Origin: Octopus sinensis
Taxonomy: Eukaryota
Assembly (NCBI RefSeq): GCF_006345805.1
Contig: NC_043014.1
Location: 12,214,001 to 12,278,000, forward strand
Reading direction: 5' to 3'
Length of the DNA: 64,000 nucleotides
A model generated the notes under the pieces. That model saw only the letters and a list, made by a program, of their open reading frames with translations. It did no database searches and had not been told where the DNA came from. This document shows positions 1 through 10,569 of this stretch, in pieces; positions within the stretch are counted from its first letter, which is position 1, and the number at the start of each line of letters is the position of its first letter. Position numbers and translations under genes: made by a program.

Positions 1-563
1 GGGTTGTCCGGAATGTTCGTGCCGATTGTTAAAGGAAAGAAATAGGTCAATAAATACTGGCCATTACATTTTTAATCAACCAAATATGAACCATTTTGTT
101 GCACAGTGCGTCTCCATCTTTCCTTTAACTTGAAAATACCCTCTTCCCAGAACAGAGGTGGTTTCATGGCAAAGAATTCATCAAGGTATCTTTTTACGTC
201 ATCCAAGGAATTGAAATTTTTACCATTAAGACTATTCTGCAGAGACCTGAATAAGTGGAAATCCAAAGGAGCAATATCTGGTGAATATGGAGGGTGGGGT
301 AACACATCCCAGCCAAGCTGCAGCAATTTTTGTCTGGTTTCCAAAGCATCAAGTGCCGAAAATGAACTTTCTCGTCTTCCATTTTAAAGGGTTACAGAAT
401 TAACACAGGTTATAGGAACATAAACCTTCTTCCACGAAAAGATAGCTTATACTGTGCTCTAAAGGGAAGTGTAGTCAAATCCTATTTTATGAACTCAACC
501 ATGTTCTAAAATAAGTTGAAAGGTAAGCGACTATAAATCGGCACGAACTTTCCGGACAACCCA
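1..563 (-). mobile_element. Internally deleted mariner element (non-autonomous), copy 1
   Basis: TIRs GGGTTGTCCGGAAxGTTCGTGCCGATT at 1 (cut by the window edge) and the reverse complement ending at 563, followed by TA. ORF 72..344 has the mariner C-terminal motif WDVLPHPPYSPDIAPLDFHLF, and the N-terminal MEDEKVHFRHLM is joined directly to it. Confidence 0.92.
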
Positions 564-865
564 TACTTAGATTCACAGACCTACGACAAACGACACATCT
601 TCTGACACACAGCACCAATCGTCTTCGCATCACTTCTCGCTTGTTTTTCTTGGCAAAAACTTTCACCCCCGCCTCTCTCTCTCTTCTCCTTTTTCTACTT
701 TCCTTATTCTTCACTGTCCGATTTTGTATATATCGTTTAGTTTTTGTTCCCAGTTCACCCCTCCCCCCCCCCCTCTCCTCCATAATTATCACGTTGGTCA
801 TAACCAGGTCAAGAGGACTAGGAAATGAATTGAACCCAATCACGCAGTTCATTTTGTTTGCGTGA

Positions 866-978
866 GTGTATATATTACGTGTGTGTGTGTGTGTGTGTGC
901 GTGTATGTGTGTGTGTGTTTCTTTTGTTTGCTTGTGTGTATATGTGAAGGGGATGAATCTGTGTGTCTATACATGCGT

Positions 979-1012
<34 letters not shown>

Positions 1013-1290
1013 GTATATATATATACAACACACACACACATATACACATATATATACACACACACATACAATACATGTGTATACATAAGTATATATGTAT
1101 ATGTATATATACATATATATGAATATATGTATGTGAGTATGTGTGTATATATATACGCACACAAATATATCCATATATATATGTACATATACAGACGCGC
1201 ACACACAGACACAGACACACACACACATATATATATATACGCGTGCAAATGTGTGTGTGTGTGTGCGTGCGTGCGTGTGTGTGTATGAGT
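866..1290. repeat. Compound (TG)n/(CA)n/(TA)n microsatellite
   Basis: Dinucleotide tracts visible directly. Confidence 0.95.
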
Positions 1291-2128
1291 GTTCATTTGT
1301 TGATGCTGTGTCCTTGTGTATATATTTCTGTCGCCTCTCTTCACGAGATGTCTTTAATGACTGCACATCCGATTGTAAGAGAAAGAGGAATGTTGATTAT
1401 ATGAATAGGGTGGGATACGGGTATGTGGCAAGTAAGGGGTAGGGTGGTTGTAACACGTGACTCTGTATTAAGTATATGTTGTAAAACCAATGCTGTCATT
1501 AACCACTCTATTGTTGCTGCATAAACCTAACAGACCTATAATCGATGGCGTTCCAGCCGTGACCATCTTGTCTTTTCTTTTATTAAACGCAGTGTATCCA
1601 GGATTAAATTTCAACGAATGTATTTTATCTTTTTTTTTTTAAACAATTGAATGTGATTTGAAGGAGATGAAACTGCTATTTCTAGCACATTGTATGACCA
1701 CTTGTAGCCTCCCTTATTTGATCGTTTACGTAAATTGTAATGTAGTGTCTACATGTTCTTGTGGTTTTGTTCCGATTCATAAATGCTGCATCATGGCCTT
1801 GTCATTGTCTGTAAAAGACGGTGGAATTGGCAGAAAAAGTAGCGTTCTTAGTGAAGTAGATCCCTGCTTAAAGACATTCCAACAGTGACCATTACATGTT
1901 TTTATGTGATAATGGTCACCGTGTTTCAGATATAGTGTATCTACATCAACTGAAGGCGCGTGGACCAGAGGTTAAGACGCACTCAGGATCGTGAGATCGA
2001 GGTTTCGATTCTCGGATCGGGTCTAGGTTTATGAATGCTAGGGTTCATAAAACACCTAAATATCTACATCGGGTCTATGGTCGAGAGCGTACCACCCCAC
2101 CTTTTATTCAAACAAATATATTCTAGGA

Positions 2129-2735
2129 TTAGTTAGTTAGTTAGTTAGTTAGTTAATTTGGCTCAAAAGCAAATAGCAAGGCCATGTAGGGGGACATGGA
2201 GTTAAGTACAGGGTGGTGTTCATGTAAAGAGTTCAGGCCAATTGAGGTCAAGGGAGACTTTGAACAAAGCGGTCGTCGGCATCTTCACCATCTCGTCTGG
2301 CAGCCTGTTCCACGGATCCGCAACCCGGACGGAGAAAGCTCCTCTCCTTCGATTGAGATGAAATCGTCGCAGGTAGAGCTTTTCGGAATGACCCCGCAGC
2401 CGACGCTCTGGAGCAGGAGTGAAGAACAGCTCTTTCGAGAGGTTACACTTTCCGCTTATGATGTTGTGACTGAGAATGAGATCACCACGGCGTCGGCGTT
2501 TTTCTCGAGAATAAAGGTCGAGCGTCCTCAGCCTTTCTTCATAAGACAAATTTTTGAGACCATGAACCATGCGGGTAGCCAGCTTCTGGACTCTTTCGAG
2601 GTGCTGTATGTCTTTGAGGAGATAAGGAGAAGAGGCTTGAATCCCGTACTCCAATATGGGTCTCACCAGCGTGACATAGAGTGGTAGAAATATGGCTGCT
2701 GTGAGCATTCCGATGTGATTTGAGAGAGATTTCAC
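2129..2735 (-). mobile_element. 5'-truncated CR1-clade LINE, 3' end (RT C-terminus, 3'UTR and (TAAC)n tail)
   Basis: ORF 2220..2735 contains LYVTLVRPILEY..SPY..KDIQHLERVQKLATRMV.GLKNLSYEERLRTLDLYS.EKRRRRGDLI and FSVRVADPWNRLP, typical of CR1 ORF2. (TTAG)n lies at 2129-2155. Confidence 0.9.
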
Positions 2736-2828
2736 TGTTATTTCTAGCGGATGATGCTACCAATTGATGCTTCCACGTTGATTATTTGTTGTTGTTGATC
2801 CAGTCGTAGCTGTTGTTAATATGTCAAA

Positions 2829-3015
2829 GGCAGCGAGCTGGCAGAACCGTTAACACGCCGGTAATATATTTAGCGGCATTTCGTCCGTTTTCATGTTCTG
2901 AGTTCAAATTCCACCGTGCTCGACTTTGTTTTACCTCTTTTAGGGGTCGATAAAATATGAACCAGTTGACTTACTTTCTTCCCCGAAATTTCTGTCCTTG
3001 TGCCAAAATTTGAAA
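2829..3015 (+). mobile_element. tRNA-derived SINE family A
   Basis: GGCAGCGAGCTGGCAGAA head and box B GAGTTCAAATTCC; body shared with more than 15 copies in the window. Confidence 0.8.
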
Positions 3016-3720
3016 TCTATGCTTTTATTTTTGCAGTTGCAGTCTAGTAGTGGATGTGCGTATTGTCACTGATGATTAGTAGTTACTGACGTGTCTGATT
3101 GATAAGTTTTCCAGATGAGTAGAAGTATAAAAAGAAATGAAGATGAAAATGCTCTTATAGTCTTTTAGGACATTTATTACATTAACTTTACCGGTTTCAT
3201 TACTTTCATGGTTTTCAAAACTAATGTGAAACACGGGAACGTAAAATTTGCCGTAACTGTCTCGCTCTGGTCGAAGTTTAAAAAAATTTGTCCCTTTTTA
3301 TGGAGAGAGTATGGCTCAAATTACCATCAGTTACGGAACAGTTTATTCGGTTGATGATCGTTAAGAGGCCAGTAAAGGATTTAGTTGGTTCAGAAGGAGC
3401 ATTTCCTCAAAAAATGTTCTCTAAAATTCATCCTGCGCCTTATAAACACAAGGTCAGCATATGCAACATTCACGGCTGGTTATCTCTCGTTTATCTTTGT
3501 GTCTAGTTAGACACAGCCTGGTAGTGTCGCTCTTGGAGTGGAACGTTTCGTGCATTACGAATAATTTTCTCAATTTTTGGTCTAGTCTCTGTAATTTCCC
3601 TTTTTTTTTTCCAAAGGATAATATATCCCCCCTACCTCAATAGGGCAACCGACTACGTATTGACCTGCTTGAAGCTTATTTTTTCCATCCAATTTTGACC
3701 GCAGGATTACTCTAAGTAGT

Positions 3721-4101
3721 GGAGGCGCAATGGCCCAGTGGTTAGGGCAGCGGACTCGCGGTCGTAGGATCGCGGTTTCGATTCCCAGACCGGGCGTTGT
3801 GAGTGTTTATTGAGCGAAAACACCTATAGCTCCACGAGGCTCCGGCAGGGATGGTGGTGATCCCTGCTGTACTCTTTCACCACAACTTTCTCTCACTCTT
3901 ACTTCCTGTTTCTGTTGTACCTGTATTTCAAAGGGCCGGCCTTGTCACTCTCTGTATCACGATGAATATCCCCGAGAACTACGTTAAGGGTACACGTGTC
4001 TGTGGAGTGCTCAGCCACTTACACGTTAATTTCACGAGCAGGCTGTTCCGTTGATCGGATCAACCGGAACCCTCGTCGTCGTAACCGACGGAGTGCTTCC
4101 A
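3721..4101 (+). mobile_element. tRNA-derived SINE family C (head C + tail X), young, with TSD
   Basis: Box A TGGCCCAGTGG and box B GGTTTCGATTCC. Flanked by the ACTCTAAGTA duplication and near-identical to 27567-27950. Confidence 0.92.
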
Positions 4102-4246
4102 CTCTAAGTAATTGGTGATATTCTTGCGTAAATCTTTTCTTCGTTTCTTCTCGAATCACTTTACTAACTTCCAATATAGGTTTCTATACTCAGTACCGTC
4201 AATCCTTTTAATGATTTGCTCCCATGGTAATTCTGTATCTTCAAAA

Positions 4247-4475
4247 GGCGGCGAGCTGGCAGAAACGTTAGCACGCCGGGCGAAATGCGTAGCCATATTT
4301 CGTCTGCCAATACGTTCTGAGTTCAAATTCCGCCGAGGTCGACTTTGCCTTTCATCCTTTCGGGGTCGATAAATTAGTACCACTTACGCACTGGGGTCGA
4401 TGTAATCGACTTAATCCTTTTGTCTGTCCTTGTTTGTCCCCCTATGTTTAGCCCCTTTTGGGTAATAAAGAAATA
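4247..4475 (+). mobile_element. SINE family A, full length, with TSD
   Basis: Flanked by GGTAATTCT(G/A)TATCTTCAA direct repeats. Confidence 0.92.
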
Positions 4476-4984
4476 GGTAATTCTATATCTTCAAGTCTGT
4501 TGACTTTCTCTCTTGTCAGGAATATTACTCTACATTTATTTTCTAGAGCATATTCTATGTTGATATCATGTGTTCACCAAAGAACTGACTTGAGCTTCGT
4601 CTTTACCATACAGCTTGAAATCATTCATAAATAATAGATGATTGATCTTTTGCTGTCTCCATTTAAACACATGTCCAGATATTACTTCCTTCAGTAGCAA
4701 TGTTAAAGGAGTCAAGCATAAAACAAATAGTCAAGGAAACACACCACCTCCTTGAGAAATCCCTCTCTTGATTCTTAACGTTCAGTCTTCAGATTTTCCC
4801 TGGCTTTTCTCAAAAAAGCGCTTGACATTCTTTGCAATATGGCACCATGTCATAGGTCTGGAGGTAATATATCCAGCCCATTGCTAAATTTGTCATCTTT
4901 CGCTTACAGTCTTTTATCACCATTCTATCTATGAGTAGCTGGTCTTTAGTTTCCCTGCAATTCCATTTACAGTCTTTCTGTTCA

Positions 4985-5370
4985 GGCGCAGGAGTGGCTG
5001 TGTGGTAAGTAGCGTGTTTACCAACCACATGGTTCTGGGTTCAGTCCCACTGCGTGGCACCTTGGGCAAGTGTCTTCTACTATAGCCTCGGGACAACCAA
5101 AGCCTTGTGAGTGGATTTGGTAGACGGAAACTGAAATAAGCCCGTCGTATATATGTATATGTATATATGTATATGCGTGTCTGTGTTTGTCCCCCCAGCA
5201 TTGCTTGACAACCGATGCTGGTGTGTTTATGTCCCCGTTACTTAGCGGTTCGGCAAAAGAGACCGATAGAATAAGTACTGGGCTTACAAAAGAATAAGTC
5301 CCGGGGTCGAGTTGCTCGATTAAAAGGCGGTGCTCCAGCATGGCCGTAGTCAAATGACTGAAACAAGGTA
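4985..5370 (+). mobile_element. SINE family B (internal TA/TG microsatellite)
   Basis: GGCGCAGGAGTGGCTGTGTGGTAAG head, GGTTCAGTCCC box B and a 3' end CAAATGACTGAAACAAG. Many copies in the window. Confidence 0.92.
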
Positions 5371-5691
5371 AAAAAAAAAAAAAAAAAACAGTTAGAATTC
5401 CGTTATCATCAAGAAATATATACATTTCATCAACGATTATTCTTGCGAGCAGCTTCCATATCAAAAGGAGACACGATATACGCGTATAGTTATCCACACT
5501 ATTCCTTTTCAAAGGATCTTTATAAGCGCAGTTTTATTCGTCCAATAGCTGTTCCCTTAGGAATCACTTCATTCCTGTTGATCAATGCATTAAGCATTTT
5601 CTTTTTTGGTTTTTGCTGTTCATTTAAGATACTTTGTCAACTTTATCCTCTTTGCTTTTACTCTTAATACCTCTGTTTTTATATATATATA

Positions 5692-5865
5692 GGCGTAGGA
5701 GTGGCTGTGTGGTAAGTAGCTTACTTACCAACCACATGGTTCCGGGTTCAGTCCCACTGCGTGGCATCTTAGGCAAGTGCCTTCTACTATAGCCTCGGGC
5801 CGACCAAAGCCTTGTGACTGGATTTGGTAGACGGAAACTGAAAGAAGCCCGTCGTATATATATAA

Positions 5866-5949
<84 letters not shown>

Positions 5950-6120
5950 ATGTTTGACAACCGATGCTGGTGTGTTTACGTCCCCGTAACTTAGCGGTTC
6001 GGCAAAAGAGACCGATAGAATAAGTACTAGGCTTACAAAGAATAAGTCATGGGGTCGATTTGATCGACTAAAAAGGTGGTGCTCCAGCATGGCCACAGTC
6101 AAATGACTGAAACGAGTAAA
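5692..6120 (+). mobile_element. SINE family B
   Basis: Same consensus with an expanded internal (TA)n. Confidence 0.92.
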
Positions 6121-6531
6121 AGTGTTTAAGAGTACCTGTTACGTTCAATAAAAGTATATATATATATATATATATAATATATATATATATTATATATATA
6201 TATATTCAAGGTAGAAAATCGATATTGCTATATTTAAGAAAAGGGATATAGTTATGTCTGAAATCTTTCGTCATACATCCTGTGACCTCTGCAGCGACTC
6301 TAGATTCCATATGTCTCCTGGACTAAACAGAAAAGGAGGAGACACGTTGGACGGAGAGTCACCGCAGAGGTCACACAGGGTGTGTGACGGAATATATACT
6401 TATGTTTGATGAATAATTGAGAAGTTCGTGCTTTGGATTATTCAAGTAACAACATTATCAATAATTGCAAATCGAAGCGATTTGCAATTATTGATAATGT
6501 TGTTTTCTAGGTTTTTGAGGTTATTATTATT

Positions 6532-6742
6532 GGCGAGCTGGCAGAATCGTTAGCGTGTCGGACGAAATGCTTAGCGGTATTTCATCAGCCGTTAGGCTTT
6601 GAGTTCGAATTCCTCCGAGGTCGACTTTGCCCTTCATCCTTTTCGGGGTCGATAAAGTTAGTACCAGTTACGCAATGTGGTCGATGTAATCGACTTAATC
6701 CCTTCCCCGAAAATTTGAGGCCTTGTGTTTCCAGTAGAAAGG

Positions 6743-6745
<3 letters not shown>
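6532..6745 (+). mobile_element. SINE family A
   Basis: Matches the family consensus and is followed by (TTA)n(TTG)n. Confidence 0.88.
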
Positions 6746-6824
<79 letters not shown>

Positions 6825-6825
<1 letters not shown>

Positions 6826-7495
6826 CTTTGCAAAGCTTCTAACGTTGGTGATGTACTAATGTGTCAGCTGTTCACTACCAGTGAACTAAGGTAACACCTC
6901 TTAATTTTCAAGCACCATCTGGAGTATTCGAGCAGTTTTCTGCAGGTGCTCCACCATTATTGCACCCCCTATTTGTTCCATGTACATTTCAAGATTTTTA
7001 TCCACTGTTCCTAGGGCTCCGACAATTATTGGTACTACTACCACCTTTTTCATCGACCACAACTGCTTAAACCTCCCAAGCTAACCTGTCATATTTATCG
7101 ACTTTTCTTTCTTCCTTCTCGCATACCTTGTTGCCAGCTTGGCATGCTATATCTATGATCCAGCATCGTCTGCTTTCTTTCTCAATTAATACTATGTTTG
7201 GCTTCATACTCTCTATCTCATGGTCACACTGAATCATAATCCAATAGGATCTTTGCATTATCATTTTCGATGATGCCTTCGGGTTTATGTTCGTGCCACT
7301 TTTTTTCTGTCAAGTCCATACTTGTTGCAAAGTGTCCAATGGACAATCCTTGCTATATTGTCATGACGTTTCTTATATTCTTTCTGGACTAGTGGCGTAC
7401 ATTGACTGGTAATGTGCCATACAGTTTCACTATTTTGTCCACAAATTCTGCACTTATCACTTTTTGATGTGTTGTCTATTCTGTATTTGAATAGA
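6825..7495 (-). mobile_element. R4/Dong-like LINE 3' end (zinc knuckle and restriction-like endonuclease)
   Basis: Minus-strand CRICGQNSETVWHITSQC, RHDNIARIVHW, KPNIVLIEKESRRCWIIDIAC..KVDKYDRL and VVVPIIVGALGTV. The 3' end abuts (CAA)n(TAA)n. Confidence 0.88.
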
Positions 7496-7552
7496 CAACA
7501 AATTTTTGTATTTGACCCTTGTAGCCAATAGAGAAACTATTATTATTATTAT

Positions 7553-8086
7553 TGAGTGAGAGAGCAGTGCATGCCATCAAAATGACACTAGGGTAAAATA
7601 TACGAAGCCCAATATACCCATCATGACTACCCGTCTGATAAGGGTACACCAGGCACATGCATCACAACCATATGTGCGCGACATGGTGATCTTATATCAA
7701 GATAAACAGCACATGACCTTGCAGGTGGAGCCCAGTTAGAATTTTCTTCAGGTTGAGTAGCCCATCCCGCTCAAAAGGTCCCTGAGTAAGGGTTGTTTAA
7801 GGATGTTGAAAGAACCACCCATGTTTCCAGAGGTGAATTATTCAAACCCCATAGAATCCCTCTCATCACACGGCTATGGTGCTCCCCCAACTACTTCTGC
7901 TCGTGATCAGAGATGCACATATCATCAGCCACTAAGGGACATGCACAACTGGTTACGGTCAAACAACTGACAAGCAAATCTGTGGTATTGAGCAGAATAT
8001 TTGCTGTAGGCCATCTTTTATACCAAGACAAAACAATGTACATGATAACACTTCCAATCAGTTAAGATCAGAAGCCATGAGAGCCA

Positions 8087-8087
<1 letters not shown>
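7553..8087. mobile_element. ~535-bp unclassified non-coding element inserted in (TAA)n
   Basis: GC-richer block bounded on both sides by (TTA)n, with no long ORF and no tRNA head. Confidence 0.55.
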
Positions 8088-8140
<53 letters not shown>

Positions 8141-8385
8141 GGCGGAGAGCTGGCAGAATCGTTAGCATGCTGGACGAAATGCTCAGCGGTATTTCACCCG
8201 TAGAATACGCCCTGAGTTCAAATTCAGCCAAGGTCAACTTTGCTTTTCATTCTTCCGGTGGTGGTGGTAGTGGTGGTGAGAGCGTTTCGATGAAATAAAT
8301 ACGAGACATGCACTGAGGTCGATATAATCGATTAGCCTCCACCCACCGCTCTCCTCAAAATTGCTGGCCTTGTGCAAAACAAATA
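8141..8385 (+). mobile_element. SINE family A (diverged)
   Basis: GGCGGAGAGCTGGCAGAATCG head and box B. Confidence 0.8.
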
Positions 8386-8556
8386 GAATCACCACCACCA
8401 CCACCATAACTACCACCATCACCTTCAGCATCACCACCAGAACCATCATCCTCATCACCATCATCACAATCACCACCACCACCACCATCATCGTCATCAT
8501 CATCACCACCATTATCATCATCAGTAGTAATGGTGGTAGTAGTAGTAGAAATAGTT

Positions 8557-8592
<36 letters not shown>
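8385..8592. repeat. (CAC/CAT)n and (TAG)n trinucleotide microsatellites
   Basis: Visible directly. Confidence 0.9.
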
Positions 8593-9140
8593 AAAAATAT
8601 ACACAATAACATTGTAAATAAGATGTAGAAAATGTGTAAAAGAAAGGAGATGGGTTATGAGATAAAGGAAGAAGGAATGCAAGCATTTACACAGTAACAT
8701 AAAGGACAATATTTATATTATAATGGTTACCAGTGGAGTGTGGAATAGGCTTATCTAGGAATCATGCCACGAGTAAATTGCTGTTCTCTGCCCCTGGGGA
8801 TTCTCAGAAGATTCCAGACATGTAATTCTTGTCTCTTGTCTAATGCTATTGTTGCTGTTTCTTAAATTAGACATAAACGTCTGTCTTCGTTGCCATGGAA
8901 CTTATTTGGAGAGTAAATAATGTTGTAGAAAATAAAGTAAAATAAAAATAAAATAGAATAGAAAATAAAGGAAAAAAAATAAAAACCCGAAGAAGAGAAA
9001 TTAAAGAAATATAAGAGATTCAATTAAAAATATTCGACCATTTACGAGAAAAGGATCTCGAAGCAGAAAACAACTTCTTTTCGTCTTGCAGGCAAGATTT
9101 ACGTTCATTCTGCTATGTTGTGTGTGTATATCTTCATAAC

Positions 9141-9176
<36 letters not shown>

Positions 9177-9374
9177 GCACGCACATAGGAGTGGCCTTAG
9201 CTGTGTGGTTAGAAGTTTGATTCCCAATCGCATGGTTCTAGGTTCAGTTCCATTGCGTGACGACTTGAGCAAGTGTCATCTGCTGTAGCCCCGAGAAGTC
9301 AACCAAGGCTTTGTGAGAGAAATTGGCAGAGAGAAAAAAAACACCCTCCCTCACAAAAAACAAAGAAACCTGTC

Positions 9375-9425
<51 letters not shown>

Positions 9426-9540
9426 TCTTTTATCTTATACTTGTTTCAGTCACTAGACTGCGGCCAAGCTGGGGCCCTGTTTTGAAGAATTTTACGAGGT
9501 TTTGTATACAAATACGTCTATGTGAACAACGCGATCGATG

Positions 9541-9589
<49 letters not shown>

Positions 9590-9604
<15 letters not shown>

Positions 9605-10080
9605 ATATTTCGTTAGTTGTAGATTCTATTTACTTAATTATTTCCTCCATTATGATTTTGTTGCTTTTTAATTGTATTTGTTATGTAGTTGAAATGTTAA
9701 CACTCACGTGTATAATACATAGCCATTTGAATTATATTTTTACAATCCAGCCATCTTTTCACACGGGATTTCGTCTATCTTTAAACCATAGCTCTGATGA
9801 GACTTATATTAGTGAACTGAATTGTTTATAAATCAAATAATGTATATAAGTCGAAACAAATTGTTGGTATTTTTGTTTTTTTAATAATTTTTTTATATAT
9901 CATATCATATCATATCCATAGTATATTATGGTATATTATAATATGAATAAATTATTGGATTGTCAATAGAATCTCTCTATTTCATTTATTGTTTGTAGTT
10001 TGCATTATACCCATATTGATGTGGTATTCAACTGACATACCAGCGAACTCGATGTTTTACACAGCCCTTTGAAGGAATTC
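9590..10080 (+). mobile_element. PLE-terminus-like fragment with hammerhead-like motif
   Basis: CTGATGA (9794)-GACTTATAT...ATATAAGTC-GAAAC; the fragment lies between (TA)n tracts. Confidence 0.55.
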
Positions 10081-10124
10081 CTTTCCTTAGTTTGTTACTT
10101 TATATATATATATATATATATATA

Positions 10125-10312
10125 TTTTCCTCCGCCTTCCCTTCTCTGGATCTTTCCTTCTCCTATGTTTCTGACGAAGAGCTCCGCTCGAAACGTTAAA
10201 CCCTCTTTCTTCCCTTCCTTCCTGAGCGTCCAATAATACTATATTTGTTCCACGTCCTCGCGTTGTTGTGTTTTCTCTTTGTGTTTTCATATTTGGATTA
10301 ACTATATATATA
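10125..10312 (+). mobile_element. Short (TA)n-embedded element with minimal hammerhead-like motif
   Basis: GTTT-CTGACGA-AGAGC-TCC-GCTC-GAAAC-GTT-AAAC at 10167-10201. Related copies lie near 12724-12930, 23070-23210 and 37050-37250. Confidence 0.65.
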
Positions 10313-10484
10313 TTCATAAATGAGGGTGAAAAATTAGATATTAATTTAATAATACCGTCATTTTAACACCAAGTGGCCTAGCACATAGAAACCAGGGAGT
10401 ACAAAATTATATATAAATATAAGAGAGTTAACGATAAGTGGCTAACTCTAGTGCTAGAAATAGCTCCTTATTCTGGTATAGCCA

Positions 10485-10551
<67 letters not shown>

Positions 10552-10569
10552 ATATATATATATTTAATA

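Larger units (their letters stand above)
3560..5660 (-). mobile_element. Decayed R4/Dong-like (RLE-clade) LINE reverse-transcriptase relic, interrupted by three SINEs
   Basis: Minus-strand peptides NYTRISCLLLIWKLL (NYRPITCL-like), [50 protein letters not shown] (YMDD-like) and LRVILRSKLDGKNK, with frameshifts and stops. Confidence 0.8.

Noticed and set aside
849-1442. Many long ORFs (also at 16246, 34619, 38816, 44533-45565, 54007, 58869, 62583)
   Set aside because: They are translations of microsatellites ([16 protein letters not shown]) that lack stops by composition.
2196-2687. 163-aa plus-strand ORF (also 48000-48431)
   Set aside because: It is the antisense shadow of a CR1 ORF2 fragment.
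3721-3795. tRNA-like sequences with A and B boxes (also at 19620, 27567, 30813, 57882)
   Set aside because: Each continues into a SINE body, often with a TSD, and lacks a proper acceptor stem, so these are not tRNA genes.
5018-6102. Recurring peptide '[35 protein letters not shown]' suggesting a gene family
   Set aside because: It is the antisense translation of SINE family B.
3560-7495. One intact R4/Dong element spanning the RT (3560-5660) and endonuclease (6825-7495) fragments
   Set aside because: On the minus strand the endonuclease piece lies upstream of the RT, which is the wrong order. They are treated as separate decayed insertions.
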